A DNA stretch of 64,000 nucleotides from Octopus sinensis (GCF_006345805.1 NC_043001.1:126170001-126234000), one strand, 5' to 3'; positions 26,958-41,026 are shown, counted from the first letter of the stretch. Made by a program: numbers and translations. The notes: generated by a model not told the origin, from the sequence alone.

Positions 26958-27844
26958 ATGTGTGTTTACACGTACGAATACACACTCACTTACACACAAA
27001 TATATGCATCTATATATATGATTATTGTACACACTTGCACACAAAAACACACGCACACAAGCACGTGCATGTGTATACATGTACAGATATACATGTACAG
27101 ACATGTACATACATATATGTAAATATATAAACACATACACACGCACACAGAAAAACACACAAACACACACTCATGCACACACTCAAGGAAAAGTTCATGA
27201 ATGAATTTCTATCAGAATTTTTTTCAATTGCTCAATCACTAAAACTACCAACATCGTTGAATCAGTGAGTAAGTGGCTGAATATTCCGCATACATATGTA
27301 CCCTTAATGTAATCCTTAGATTGGATTGGCGTGACACAGTATGGACAAGCACGACACTTTAAATCATAAGTACAATACATCCAACGAGCTTCTTTACAGT
27401 TTCCGTCTACCCAATCTCCCTCAGTCAACCTTTTGATATATTAAAGAACAACAAAATCGACGTCTTCGATGGAGAAGTGAATTTCTTAACTATTTGGCCA
27501 TATGTTGTGTGTGTGTATATATATATATATATATACTTTTATTCTTTTACTTGTTTCAGTTATGTGACTGTGGCCATGCAGGAACACCGCTTTTAGTCAG
27601 GCAAATCAACCTTAGGACTGATTCTTTGTAAGCCTAGTACTTATTCTATCGGTCTCTTTTACCGAACTGCTAAGTTAAGGGGACGTACACACACCAGCAT
27701 CGGTTGTCAAGCGATGTTGGGGGGACAAACACAGACACAAACATATACACGCACATACATATATATATATATATATAAATATACATATATATGACGGACT
27801 TCTTTCAGTTTCTGTCTACCAAATCCACTCACAAGGCTTTGTGA

Positions 27845-28128
27845 GATAATTTTTTAAATGAGAATATCTCACAAACGAGAATACTAAAAATGAATCCGAC
27901 CGCTCTCAAAAATTAAGTAAAAAAAAAAAACAGGAAAAATAATCCAGAATCCTTGTCCGGCGCCTAATTGATCCCAAAATCATATCAGTTTGTGCCAGTC
28001 ATGAAGCCAAACATCCCTGAAAGTTTCATCTGAATCCATCCGGCGGTTCTTGAGATATCTTGTCCACAGACAAACAAACAAACACGACTGAAAACAATTC
28101 CTCTGCCTTAGCGAAGTCGGAGGTGATA
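27845..28128 (+). mobile_element. Helitron/Helentron-like non-autonomous element, 3' part
   Basis: AAGTTTCATCTGAATCC...GAGATATC...ACAGACAAACAAAC, followed by a subterminal hairpin CCTCTGCCTTAGCGAAGTCGGAGG. Confidence 0.5.
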
Positions 28129-28351
28129 ATAATAATCCTTAGGCACAAGGCCTGAACTGGGACTTGCTTTATCGATCCCGAAAGGATGAAAGGCAAAGTC
28201 GAACCCCGGCAGCATTTGAACTCAGAACGAGAAAAATACCTATTTCTTTATTACCCACAAGGAGCTAAACATAGAGGGGACAAACAAGGACAGACATAGG
28301 TATTAAGCCGATTACATCGACCCCAGTGCGTAACTGGTACTTAATTTATCG

Positions 28352-28523
28352 ACCCCGAAAGGATGAAAGGCAAAGTCGACCTCGGCGGAATTTGAACTCA
28401 GAACGTAACGTAGACGAAATACGGCTACGCATTTCGCCCGGCATGCGTAGCCGTATTTCGTCTGCGTTACGTTGTGAGTTCAAATACCGCCGAGGTCGAC
28501 TTTGCCTTTCATCCTTTCGGGGT
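28352..28523. repeat. Fold-back of a SINE body: 81-bp arms with a 10-nt loop
   Basis: 28352-28432 and 28443-28523 are reverse complements with about 3 mismatches. Loop is TTCGCCCGGC. Confidence 0.85.
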
Positions 28524-29476
28524 ACCGCGATGCATTTTGTCCGGCGCGATCACGATTCTGCCAGCACCCCGACTTATTAGTCCTTTCCAGAATCGGTACA
28601 AGGCTTGGCATTTGTGGGGGGGGGGGAGAGTAGTTAATTGCATCAACCCCAGAGCGCAACTGGTACTTAATTTATCGACCCCGAAAGAATGAAAGGCAAA
28701 GTCGACCTCGGTGGAATTTGAACTCAGAACGTGAAGACGGACGAAATACTGCTAACGATAATAATAATAATAAACTCTCGAATATATACATACATACACA
28801 CATGCATACATACATACATACATACATACATACATACATACATACATACACACATACATACTTACATACATACATACATACATACACATGCAGATACACA
28901 CACAATACATACATACATACATACATACATACATACATACATACATACATACATACATACATACACACACACATGCACATACACACAAACAATACATACA
29001 TACATACATACTTATATACATACATACATACATACATACATACATACACACATACATACATACACACACATGCACATACACACACAATACATACATGCAT
29101 ACATACATACATACATACATACATACACACATTAATACACACACACACACATAATCGGGTAGAATTTTGATTAAATGATAAGAGTAGTCATTCAAAAATA
29201 GCGATCATTATGGTTAATTTAATCTTTTATGGGAGTTACCATTTCCACCTTCACATTCTCTCCCTATCCCGCCTCCTCTCTCTCTCTCCTTTTCTCTCCC
29301 TTTCTCTCTTCCTATTTCTCTCCCTCTCTCTCTCTCACTCTTTCCCTCACTGTATATATATATATATATATATATCTATATATATATATATATATATATA
29401 TATAATGTATGTATGTATGTATGTATATATGTATGTGTGTGTACGCATACCCATAAATATACATATATTCAGACAG

Positions 29477-29521
<45 letters not shown>

Positions 29522-29564
29522 ACACACACACACACACACACAACACACACACACCACACACACA

Positions 29565-29605
<41 letters not shown>

Positions 29606-30439
29606 CACAAACGCACACACTGATTATTTACGTACAAACTTTGAAAGATATTTCTGAAGCAACACGGTAAAATTAGGTTGAGACATTAATTTCATCGCTA
29701 TTTTTTCTTAGAAAGGAATTTTGACAATTTTAGCTGTCAACGCCTAGTTAATAATACTTTACAACAAGAATTATTGCTCAAAGGTTGCACTAAATGACCT
29801 TTATCTATTTGCCTAATGTCTTCTTTACCACAAGGAAACAGAAGTCTTCTAAATAATAAAAAAAACAAAAAGCACTTTAATAAATAGATAAAATAAACGA
29901 CACCATTAATAATAATAATAATAATAATAATCTTTTCTACTAAAGGCACAAGGCCTGACATTTGGGTGGGAGTAGACTAGTTGATCACATCGACCCAAGT
30001 GCTTCATTTATCGACCCCGAAAGGATGAAAGGCAAGGTCGACCTCGGCAGAATTTGATCTCAGAACGTACAGGTAGGTGAAATACCTATTTCTTTACTAT
30101 CCACAAGGGGCTAAACACAGAGGGGACAAACAAGGACAGACGAACGGATTAAGTCGATTACATCGACCCCAGTGCGTAACTGGTACTTAATTTATCGACC
30201 CCGAAAGGATGAAAGGCAAAGTCGACCTCGGCGGAATTTGAACTCAGAACGTAACGGCAGACGAAATACCTATTTCTTTATTACCCACAAGGAGCTAAAC
30301 ATAGAGGAGACCTCGGCGGAATTTGAACTCAGAACGTGAAGATGGACAAAATGTCGCTAAGCTAAGTGGTGGAGATTTGCATAATCACGCACAAAACAAT
30401 AAAAAATAACAACAAAATTCCCTAATGGGAGGGAAAACG

Positions 30440-32330
30440 CCACCTTAAAGCAAACTAAGTATTCCTTTAAATCCCGAGCCACTCTGCTCACCAGAATTAC
30501 CATGACTCACCAGAGTTACTAAGTGCTACTCTTTCCTCCATACTCCTCAACATACAGATGCCAACTTAGAGTTAGTCCATTTACTCTGATCATCCTCTCC
30601 CCGCCACATTCACCCATCTTTCAGCAAATTTACTGGGCATGGGGCAGTACATCCCTCTTAACCCTCATCTTCTTTCCTTCTTTCCTTCTTTCCTTTTTAG
30701 ATGGAATTTCTTTTCTAAAGTCGATGAGAGCTTTATCTAAGAGGTTAGCGTCTGTTTTCAGTGTTTTCGGTCATGCCCACGACGTAACCACTTTTTCCAT
30801 AACCACCAGACAAAGAAAGCTGTCTGAGCTTCTCGGCCCGGGTGGCAGAGAACTGTGAGCGCCTGATGACACTATAAATCAACCCCTGTATTTGGTCCGC
30901 CGTTCTCCTAAAGCAGTAGAGCGAAGAGCCTCTGTAAAGCCGCACGCATCTTCTTAGAATCGAGTATCACGGAAGTTTCCTGATTTATCAAAGACCAAAT
31001 TGTGGATATGCTGTTGCGTTGTGTCTTTGCTACCCAGGACCATTGGCTGACATTTCCTCATTTATTAGAGCAAGTATCCTAGCTCTGACAATGCAACGTT
31101 CGTGTTTAGCGTCGAAGAATAAATCAAGGGCCAATTTCACCGCAAGCAAGTCAGTCACAATGCCTTTTCTAAGCTTCTCTTTCTAGGTTACTAACAAGCT
31201 CGCCATCTACTCTAGAATTCGCTCTCACTATTTCTTCATTAAACATAATTTATTCTAATCTAATAACCCTTTTAAGAGCTAATGACCTGCGGGTGTTGAT
31301 AATTACCACTGCCAACTCCGTCTTAACTAGGTCTTTAAACTGGTCTCCGTAAACTTGGCGCTCTGGGAAACATGCGTACTATTTCCGGTAACCAGGTTCT
31401 TCTCTAAGCAGCCTAAGTCGACTGTACAACATACAAGTTTGTAGTCTGTATAGCCAACAACTTTGAAATGTGGAAAACCTACGCAATCCCTATTTGATTT
31501 CTTTATTGCCCACAGGGGGTAAACATAGAGGGGTCAAACAAGGACAGACAAATTGATTTAAGTCGATTGCATCGATCCCAGTGCGTAACTGGTACTTATC
31601 TAATCGACCCCGAAATGATGAAAGGCAAAGTCAACCTCGGCGGAATTTGAACTCAAGACGTAACGGCAGACGAAATACCGCTAAGCATTTCGCCCGGTGT
31701 ACTAACGATTCTACAAGCTCGCCGTCCTACGCAACCCCTATTTACTAGTCTACAGTGTCCTCTCCAGACACAATCTGAATGACCCGACGCTGTTTGCTCA
31801 TTCTACATTGGCGCATTCGAGTCGGTGCCAATCAGCCAGTTGGAAATGACTGAGCAGGTTTGCATGGCTTTCACACCCATCTCCTATCAGCTAACACCAC
31901 ACGATCAAGAAGTGCATCAATATTGCGTTCAATCCCTACGAGCACTAAACGGCGGTACGTTCTCCAAATTGGCCGCCTCGCCCGAGCTGGGGCATACATG
32001 ACAACTAGTCTAAAAGCAGTACCTTCGCCCCTGTTCACGTCCACGATCACAAACTTAAAGTCAGAGTCAATAAAGATCGACAGTATCTCGAGGCCCGGGC
32101 CTTTTGGGAGGGATGCGAAGCCCTCAAAATCACCAAAACTAGGAGCTAAGGCGAGTGTATCAAAAATCGTGATCTCACAGATGGCTATCACGTCTGAACC
32201 TAGCAACCTGAGATCATTGAACAGGCAATTTTTCCAGGGTGACCTCAGTCCACGTGCATTCATACACCTCGCTCTCAGTGTCGCCAAATGGTCGAAAGAT
32301 AAAGAGGAGGAAAAGGTTTACTAATCCATT
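30440..32330 (-). mobile_element. Decayed L1/Tx1-like LINE ORF2: APE endonuclease joined to the C-terminal region, RT not detected. SINE inserted at ~31485-31725
   Basis: MATLRARCMNARGLRSPWK...DVIAICE...FRLVVMYAPA (APE N-terminus), YTDYKLV (SDH-like motif), and C-terminal traces FLCLVVMEKV and RWVNVA. Confidence 0.75.
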
Positions 32331-34090
32331 TAGTGGTTCTGGAGACCGGGGGACTCGATCTACATAGAATTTTGACTTTCCTTTGGGAAGTCCCTTAGAA
32401 ACCTACTGTTGGCCCTTACGCTCGGATTTCCTACTTCATCGGGGGAAATTCTTCTTCAATATTTTATATATTCTCAAGTCCAGCCTTTCAAAAAGTTGAC
32501 CCTTTGAAAATGCCGGACCTGAAAAGTTCTCACTCTATATCCAGCTCCAGGTGGGAAATTTAAATACCATGAAACCGGGACACTGGCCATTGTAAGTCGG
32601 CATAACTCGAGAAGGAAACTTTACTTTACATAAAGCACTTCCCTACTGCAGCCGTACACTCTCCCACCAGCATCCTCCGTCTTCTTTGTCAACCCTTGAT
32701 ACCATTGCTTTGCCTTCGTCATCTCCCATCTGTGAGCCAATTTTCCGTCCCACCTGACCCTAACGATATGGGCCGAGATTCTGGGCCCTGATAACTCTCT
32801 TTTACTCTTTTAACTCTTTTACTTGTTTCAGTCATTTGACTGCGGCCATGCTGGAGCACCGCCTTTAGTCGAGCAAATCGACCCCGGGACTTATTCTTTG
32901 TAAGCCCAGTACTTATTCTATCGGTCTCTTTTGCCGAACCGCTAAGTGACGGGGACAACCACCAGCATCGGTTGTCAAGCAATGCTAGGGGGACAACACA
33001 ACACACAAACACATATACACACACTATATTATATATATATACATATATACGACAGGCTTCTTTCAGTTTTCGTCTACCAAATCCACTCACAAGGCATTGG
33101 TCGGCCGGGGCTATAGCAGAAGACATTTGCCAAGATGCCACGCAGTGGGACTAAACCCGGAACCATGTGGTTGGTTACAAGCTACTTAACAACAGCCACT
33201 CCTGCGCCTATTATAACGTGACCAAAACATTGCAGTTTTCACCATTTGTCCACTGTTGTCACTAACGTTCCTTCTACTCTCGGCCCAACGGATCTGAAGC
33301 AGCAACAGTAAATTGCAATTCTTGTGACGTGATACGAAACATCCCACCGTCGTTACTTTAACCGGCATTCTGGCACTCTTATCATACGCACTTCCCGAAT
33401 AATGTCTCCGCCATCCCAGATATAAATATATAAACAGACTCCTTATTTTTTATGAGTGGATATGTGTGGAGAAGGTTATGTCTACACGTATATACGTATA
33501 TGTGTGCACGTCTATGTGTGTGTGTATGTGTGGGAAGGAAAAGGAAAGAGAAAAAACGAAAGAAAGAGAGAAGAGGCTTACAAAAATATAAAAATACAAA
33601 CTGATATAAATAAAATAAATACACAAAATAAACAAAAAAAGTTCAAAGCGCTGAACTTTCGCTGACCCGCAGACATTATCAAATTGTTAAGCCATTACTG
33701 ACGAAAGGATTCTGTGGAGAAAGGCAACGGGTTAAAAATCCTTAAGTAACGAAAATATCTCTCCCTTACAACGACTGTAAAGGAAACCACCGGTGTTTGA
33801 AGTTTGAAATCAGTGATTTCAGTTGCTCAGATACATGCTTACTGAGTTAACTGTAATCGATAGGGTTGTCGGCCTTTCTGGATAAGTGATCTGACAGAAT
33901 ACCTATCTATATATTTGATTGCCGTCTACCTCCCTGTCTGTCTGTTTGGTTTCTCTATCACTCCGTCCGACCGTCCGCCCCGTCTGTCTGTCTGTCCAGT
34001 TTTTGTTTAGAAAGTGAGAGTTATGGAATGTTGTGCGCGTATACACACACACACACACACACAAACACATGTATATATATATATAGAGAG

Positions 34091-34203
<113 letters not shown>

Positions 34204-34441
34204 CTTTATTTTAAGCAGCAGAGAATTCAACAAAATCTGTTACTCTGATTTTCTCGTTGCCGTTCATCAGACAGTTTTTGCTAGAATTCTAGCAAAAACT
34301 GTCTGATGAACGGCAACGAGAAACCTCAGAGTAACAGATTTTGTTGAATTTTCTGCTGCTTAAAATAAAGCATATTACTCTACCACTGGTATTTGAGTAC
34401 TCTTTTTTCCACCTTGTTTCACATTTATGTGTTTACTCCGG
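34204..34441. mobile_element. PLE-like terminus (family 3) starting with a 167-bp spacer-less palindrome that carries two opposed hammerhead-like motifs
   Basis: Arms 34204-34286 and 34287-34370 are centred on CTAGAATTCTAG. The plus-strand motif at 34293-34343 reads CAAAAACUGU-CUGAUGA-A-CG-GCAA-CG-A-GAA-ACCUCAGAGU-A-ACAGAUUUUG. Flanked by (TA)n on both sides. Confidence 0.7.
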
Positions 34442-34538
34442 TATATATATATATATATATGTATATATATACGCACACATGCTTAATTCTCTGCACACCT
34501 ATGTGTATGTGTATACAAACACCATATATATACATAAT

Positions 34539-34569
<31 letters not shown>

Positions 34570-35276
34570 AAAAGTAATACACATGTGACAAATTGGCAAA
34601 ATCGTTAGAACCTTGGAATAAAAAGCCTTGCGATAGTTTTTCCTGCATTCTGTGTTCCGAGTTCAAATCCTCGCTGTCCGGTCTGTTGGGGGGGGGGGGG
34701 GCGATCATGCTGCATCTGTTTCTCTCTTATTTAATGCCGCCAAACATCGGAATAAATATTTGAATGGTTTTAACTTATTAGTGACAACTTAATTTTCTGA
34801 AGATTTAGTTTGCTTAACGTATTATATGTTCTTTTATTTATTTTTTTATTTGTTTCAGTTGTTGAACTGCGGCTATGCTGGAGCACTACATTCAATGCTT
34901 TAGGCAAACAAATCGTTCCCAGTACTTATTTGTTTAAGTCTGGTACCTTAGACGGATTTGAACTCAGAGCGTAAAAGGGCGATCTAAATTTAACAAAGAA
35001 TTTTGTCAGATGACCCAACGATTCTGCCGTTTAAGCGAAAATATATTTTCATAAAAGAACGATAAATACCAAAATCGGTACAGCGCCATATTAAATACAT
35101 TGTGGTACTTAGTATCATCCCTACTATGTTTTATTGAAGTAGTTCCGTATTGGCTGATATTATACATGTTTCAAAGATCGATGAAAAAAGCTGCTAATCA
35201 AGTGATGAGGTTGTGTTTAATTACCGACCCTTCGCTAAAATTTGTTACAAATTCTGTTATGATTGCTAAAGGCATA

Positions 35277-35900
35277 AAGGCGGCGAGCTGGCAGAAACGT
35301 TAGCACGCCGGGCGAAATGCTTAGCGGTATTTCGTCTGCCGCTACGTTCTGAGTTCAAATTCCGCCGAGGTCGACTTTGCCTTTCATCCTTTCGGGGTCG
35401 ATAAATTAAGTACCAGTTACGCACTGGGGTCGATGTAATCGACTTAATACCTATGTCTGTCCTTGTTTGTCCCCTCTGTGTTTAGCCCCTTGTGGGTAAT
35501 AAAGAAATAGGTATTTCGTCTGTCCTTACGTTCTGAGTTCAAATTCCGATGAGGTCAACTTTGCCTTTCATCCTTTCGGGGTCGATTAAATAAGTACCAG
35601 TTACGCATTGGGGTCGATGTAATCGACTTAATCTCTTTGTCTGTCCTTGTTTGTCCCCTCTATGTTTAGCCCCCTGTGGGCAGTAAAGAAATAAGAATCA
35701 TTAGCACGCCGGGGTGGGGCGGATACTTAGCGCTTTTTCGTCCGCTATCACGTTCTGTGTTGAAATTCTGCCAACGATGACTTTGCTTTTTAACCTTTCG
35801 AGATCGATAAAATAGATACCAGTTGAATATTGGGATCGATGTAATCGACTTTCCTTCCCCTAAAATTTCTGGCTTTGTACCAAAACTTGAAATCATGGTT
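35277..35900 (+). mobile_element. Tandem units of tRNA-derived SINE-A (central domain resembling the Meta/MESC domain)
   Basis: Head GGCGAGCTGGCAGAAACGTTAGC...GAGTTCAAATTCC, then GACTTTGCCTTTCATCCTTTCGGGGTCGATAAATTAAGTACCAG. More than 25 whole or partial copies, e.g. 95-270, 335-500, 1230-1660, 6577-6781, 13055-13282, 19075-19790, 24440-24585, 28160-28750, 29930-30370, 31485-31725, 36085-37150, 49730-50147, 55325-55540, 57950-58530 and 60610-61010. The domain name is recalled from memory and not verified. Confidence 0.88.
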
Positions 35901-37685
35901 ACTAAAAGTTGGATATTGGCAGAATCATTAGATCATTATACGAAACCCTTTGTGGTGTTCTACGAAGGGCAACTTTGCTTCCTCCTTCCAGATCGACAAG
36001 ATTAAGTGCTAGTCAAGTACTGAGTTCGAAGGTATCAATTAAACCCCTCCCTTCAAAATGTCAAGCCTTATGCTTGCACTTTTAAAGGTGGCGAGCTTGC
36101 AGAATCGTTAGAGCGGCAAAATGTTTTGTGGTATTTTTTCTGTTTTATTTTTTTTTTCGAGGATAAATCTCCGTACCAGTCAAGTACTAGGTTTAAAAGC
36201 ATCGACTAAATCCTTCCTCTCAGAATTTCGGATCTTGTGCCTAAGCTTTCTCTTATATGCAACGAGCTGGCAGAATCGTTTGAGAATTGGACAAGATGTT
36301 GCGAGGTATTTGTTCTGGTTCTTAATGTTCTGTGGTAAATTATCGCTAAAGTTACCTCTTTGCATATAACTTACCCGGAGTCGATAAAATAAAATACCAG
36401 TAATGTACTCTGGTCAATGGTATCGATTAAACGCATTCCCTCAAAATGTTATGCCTCTTGCTTATGTTTTCTTTTAAAGGGCTGGCAGAATCGTTAGACT
36501 GCCGAACAAATTGTTGTATAGTACTTACGGCAGTTTACGTTCTGAACTCAAAATATTATTGGATCATCTTTGCCTTTCATCTCACTGGAGTCGATAAAAT
36601 AAAGTGCGAGTCAAGTGCTAAAGTCGATGGTATCGATAAACCCTCTTCCTACTTCTCAACATTGCTGGCCTTGTGCTTAAACCAGAAACCATTATTGTTG
36701 TTATTGAAAATGATAAAAGAAATCATTATTAAAAGGCAGGAATGCAGTGAACTGGCAGAACCATTAACACGCTGGACAAAATGTTTAGCGGCATTTCGTT
36801 CGTCTTCATATTCCGAGTTCAAATTCCACCGACGTTGATTTTGCCTTTCATCACTTCGGGGTCAATAAAATAAGTTCCAGTTGAGCACTGGTGTCGATGT
36901 AATCGATTTACTCCTTCTCCCCACAAATCACGCCTTTAATAATCCTTCCTATAATAGAAAGGGTTATTAAAAAGCAGGATAAGTCAGCGAGCTGGCAGAA
37001 TCATTAGCACGTCGGGCAAAATGCTTAGCGACATTTCGTCCGACTTTACGTTCTGAGACGAAATTCTGCCGAGGTAGACTTTACTTACATCCTTTCGGGG
37101 TCGATGATATAAATACCAGTTGCGTACTGGAGTCGATCAAATCGACTCTAGTACGCAACTCCTTCTCCTCTCCCCATCCCGCCTAAAAAAATCAGGTCTT
37201 GTACCAATAATAGAAAATAAAATTAAAAGACAGGTTGATGTATGGCAGAGTCATTCGGACATCCTTGTCTCGCTCAAGGAAACTGCGTAACCGCCCGACC
37301 AGAGAAACGAACCCACGACCTATTAGGTGTAAGCTTGACAAGCAAACCACTAAGTCACGTGCCTTCTCGACACATAAATTACTGAATTACAAAAGTAAGC
37401 ACTACCGGAGGTTTTGAAAAGTGTTTGAAGAAGGTGTATAACGGGGGAGAGGAGTCAACCATCTCAGTTAACCGAAAGGAAGCAGTGACACATAAATAAC
37501 AAACGAGACGTAAGACATAAGGGGCAGGGGTCAATGAGGAGAGACAAAAAAAGCACAGACGAAAGGAAAGACGTATCAAGGAGGAGGAGGAAAAGAAAGA
37601 CAAGTTGAATAAGAAGGAACAGAAACAGGAAGAAATGGAAAACCGACAATAAATAAGATCACAAATAGTAGTAGTAGTAGTAGTA

Positions 37686-37743
<58 letters not shown>

Positions 37744-37745
37744 TG

Positions 37746-37788
<43 letters not shown>

Positions 37789-37859
37789 TAATAATAATAA
37801 TATAATATAATATAATAATAATAATAATATTAATGATAATAATATTAATAATAATGATA

Positions 37860-37891
<32 letters not shown>

Positions 37892-37966
37892 TTAATGATA
37901 ATAATATTAATAATAATGATAATAATAATAATAATAATATTAATGATAATAATATTAATAATAATG

Positions 37967-38009
<43 letters not shown>

Positions 38010-38054
38010 TAATAATAATAAAAATAAAAATAAAAATAATAATAATAATAACAA

Positions 38055-38096
<42 letters not shown>

Positions 38097-38112
38097 CAAC
38101 AACAACAACAAC

Positions 38113-38189
<77 letters not shown>

Positions 38190-38412
38190 CAATAATAATA
38201 ATAATAAGGAAATAACAAGAAAGAAAATAAATATAGCTCAGATAAGGAATAAGATTAGGAAAAATATATATATAAAAAGAACGAGATCAATGTCAACCAT
38301 ATATTTAATGTTAGATGGATGGCGGGATTCTGACACAAGTGGTGATGGTGGATGGATGGTGGAAAGGAGTTATAGTAGTGTCGGAGTGTCCACCACCGCC
38401 CACCCTGTCCCG

Positions 38413-38470
38413 CGTTGCGTTCATGTTCCTGTATTGCGTTCATGTCCCTGTGTTGCGTTCATGTCCCTGT
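38413..38470. repeat. 19-bp minisatellite, 3 units
   Basis: TTGCGTTCATGT(T/C)CCTGT(A/G) repeated three times. Confidence 0.85.
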
Positions 38471-38650
38471 AAAACGTGAGTTTCACGTTACGAAATCTTT
38501 CGTTGCAATACTTTCAAGAAAGTTGAATTTCTGTAGCGTAACGTATATCTGTGTGTGTGTGTGTTTCTCTGTGCGCGCGCATGTGTGTGTGGGGGGGGGG
38601 TGGATGTGTAGTGAGCTTGTTATGAAATATATATTAGCAACATATATATG

Positions 38651-39954
38651 TTGGGTCATCCTATAAATAATGCGTTTTTTTCAGTTGCATGAACTAAAAG
38701 TCGAAAGGGGACGGGATAAACTACCTGTATCAAACTTGCTATAAAAGCAGGTAGTAAATTAACTTTGAACTTATTCTTAGTGTAAGTTTTGAAGAGTGCA
38801 ATTAGATTTTAACAGCTATTTTTTCTAAGCGATAATGGAAGTGACAAAGAAGTATATTAGGCATATTTTGCTTTATGAGTTCAATAAAGGCAACAACGCA
38901 GCGGGAAGTGCGAGGAATATTAATGCAGTATATAGGGGTTGGACAATAAGTGTAAGCCAGTGTCAACGGTGATTCCAGAAATTATGAGCTGGAAACTATA
39001 GCCTAGAAGACAAGCCTAATCCTGGAAGACCTGTAGAGCTCGACAAGGACTTCCTGCAAACCCTGGTGGAACAAAACCCCATTGTAACTATTAAGGAACT
39101 AGAAGAGAAGCTTGGATTTTGTCATTCAGCCATTCATCGACACCTGCATGCCATCGGAAAAGTCATGAAATTGGGTCAATGGGTTCCTCATAAACTTCCC
39201 GAATATAATCTCGCGCAGAGTGTGAAAGTGTGCTCTTCTTTGCTTCCATGTTTCGCGAAGGACGTCTCACGAAGGAACATTTTTGGACCGAATAGTGGCC
39301 GGTGACGAGAAATGGGTTCTCTGTAAAAATGTCAAGCGCCGAAGACTGTGGGTAAGAAAAGGAGAAACACCGGCACCCCAAGCTAAAGAAGACATTTACC
39401 CACGTAAGGTGTTGTTATCTGTTTGGTGGGATATGAAAGGTTTAGTTCACTTTGAACTTTTAAACCCAAACCAAACGATAACAAAGATCAACTGCGAGCA
39501 GCTAGAGCGGCTTCAGTCAGCAATAGAAAAAAAAAAACGACTGTCTGTGGTTTCAAGACGAAAGGTATTCTTCCACCAGGATAATGCTCGGCTACATACA
39601 GCGAGGATAACACTCCAAAGGCTGGAGTAGCTTGAATGGGAAACGATGCCTCATTTACCATATTCACCAAACATTGCCCCCATCTGATTATCATTTATTT
39701 CGCAGTCTTCAAAATCATTTGGACGGAAAAATATGAATTCTGTAGACGAGGTCGGAACAGTACTGGAGGAGTATTTTTCATCACAGACAAGCGAAGTTTG
39801 GAAGAGGGTGGGGCCTGGCTAGTCTATCAGATAGATGGAAGAGCATTGTAGAAAGTGAAGGAGAGTATATTTTAGATTAAAAAAAGAACTTTGTTTATCT
39901 TAATTTTGAAAAGTAAAAGTATTAAAAAACCGCATTATTTATAGGATGACTCTA
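38651..39954 (+). mobile_element. Full-length (~1.3 kb) mariner (DD34D) element with disabled transposase at 38835-39880
   Basis: TIRs GGTCATCCTATAAATAATGCGTTTTTT / AAAAAACCGCATTATTTATAGGATGAC, with TA flanking the right end. Translation shows WVPHKL, GDEKW, HQDNARLH and YSPNIAPSDYHLF, with 34 residues between the second and third Asp. Several stops and frameshifts. Confidence 0.95.
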
Positions 39955-40953
39955 TAGTTAACAATATATATATTAGCGATATATACACATATACATACAT
40001 TGTTTACGTCATAAGAATGTAAAAACTTCAAGAGAACGTGAAATAATTTGGTTTTAACTCTAGAACTCGAGGTAGATGAAGCTATAAATAATAGCCTCTA
40101 GATATTAGGTTAAAATCCTTTTTGGATGGAAAACGTCCAAAGCCGCCTGTAGGATTCGAACCCATATCTATTATTCTTTTACTGGTTTTAGTTATGGGAA
40201 TCAGGATAAGTTAAGCATTTATTTCAGTCGGCTAATTATTTAATGGATATCTATTTTTGAACCATTCATTAAGTTATTGGATATAAAGGAACACACCATA
40301 GAAAAACCATGTTTGAGACTGTGGTGTCGTGTGGTGTGTGCGTGTACAACGAACTTTTGCAGTTTCTTGTCAAATTTTACGCACAAGGAATTGGCCACAT
40401 CGAAGCTATAGTAGAAGACATTTGCCCATGTAACGCGCAGTGAAATTGAACCCAGAATCATGTATTGCGAATGAATGTTTCTTGTAATTTATGCGTATGT
40501 GTGTATGAATACCTATGCGAGTGCGTATGTGTATGTTTATGCATACACACACACACACATACACACACACACATACACACATATATGTGTGTAATGTATA
40601 TGTGTATAAATATAGTTACATACATACAGACAGACAGAGGTGTGTACGTATTATGTAGGTAGGTAGGTAGGGTGGAAAGGAGATAGATTAGTATAGAAAT
40701 AGATAGCCTACCTACTTATCTACATACATACATACAAACATGCATACATACGTACAGATACATACATACATACTTACATACATAAATACATACATAAATA
40801 CATACATACATACATACATGTGATATGATATAGTTTATTGTTGATAACGCATGATAACCAAGTTTCTTACCTAAGCTACGAACTGTTGATACTACATCAA
40901 TCATCAGACACAAACCCTGAACCAAGTGTCAAGTGTCCCCGGCATATCTTTTA

Positions 40954-41000
<47 letters not shown>

Positions 41001-41026
41001 TATATATATATATAAGTACATCATAA

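Noticed and set aside
35277-37150. Regularly recurring repeats as a CRISPR-like array
   Set aside because: Units are long, decayed SINE bodies with irregular spacing in a eukaryotic context. There are no short identical repeats with unique spacers and no cas genes.
40140-40165. tRNA T-arm-like GGGTTCGAATCCTACAGGCGGCT on the minus strand
   Set aside because: No A box or 5' half upstream; at best a decayed SINE or tRNA fragment.
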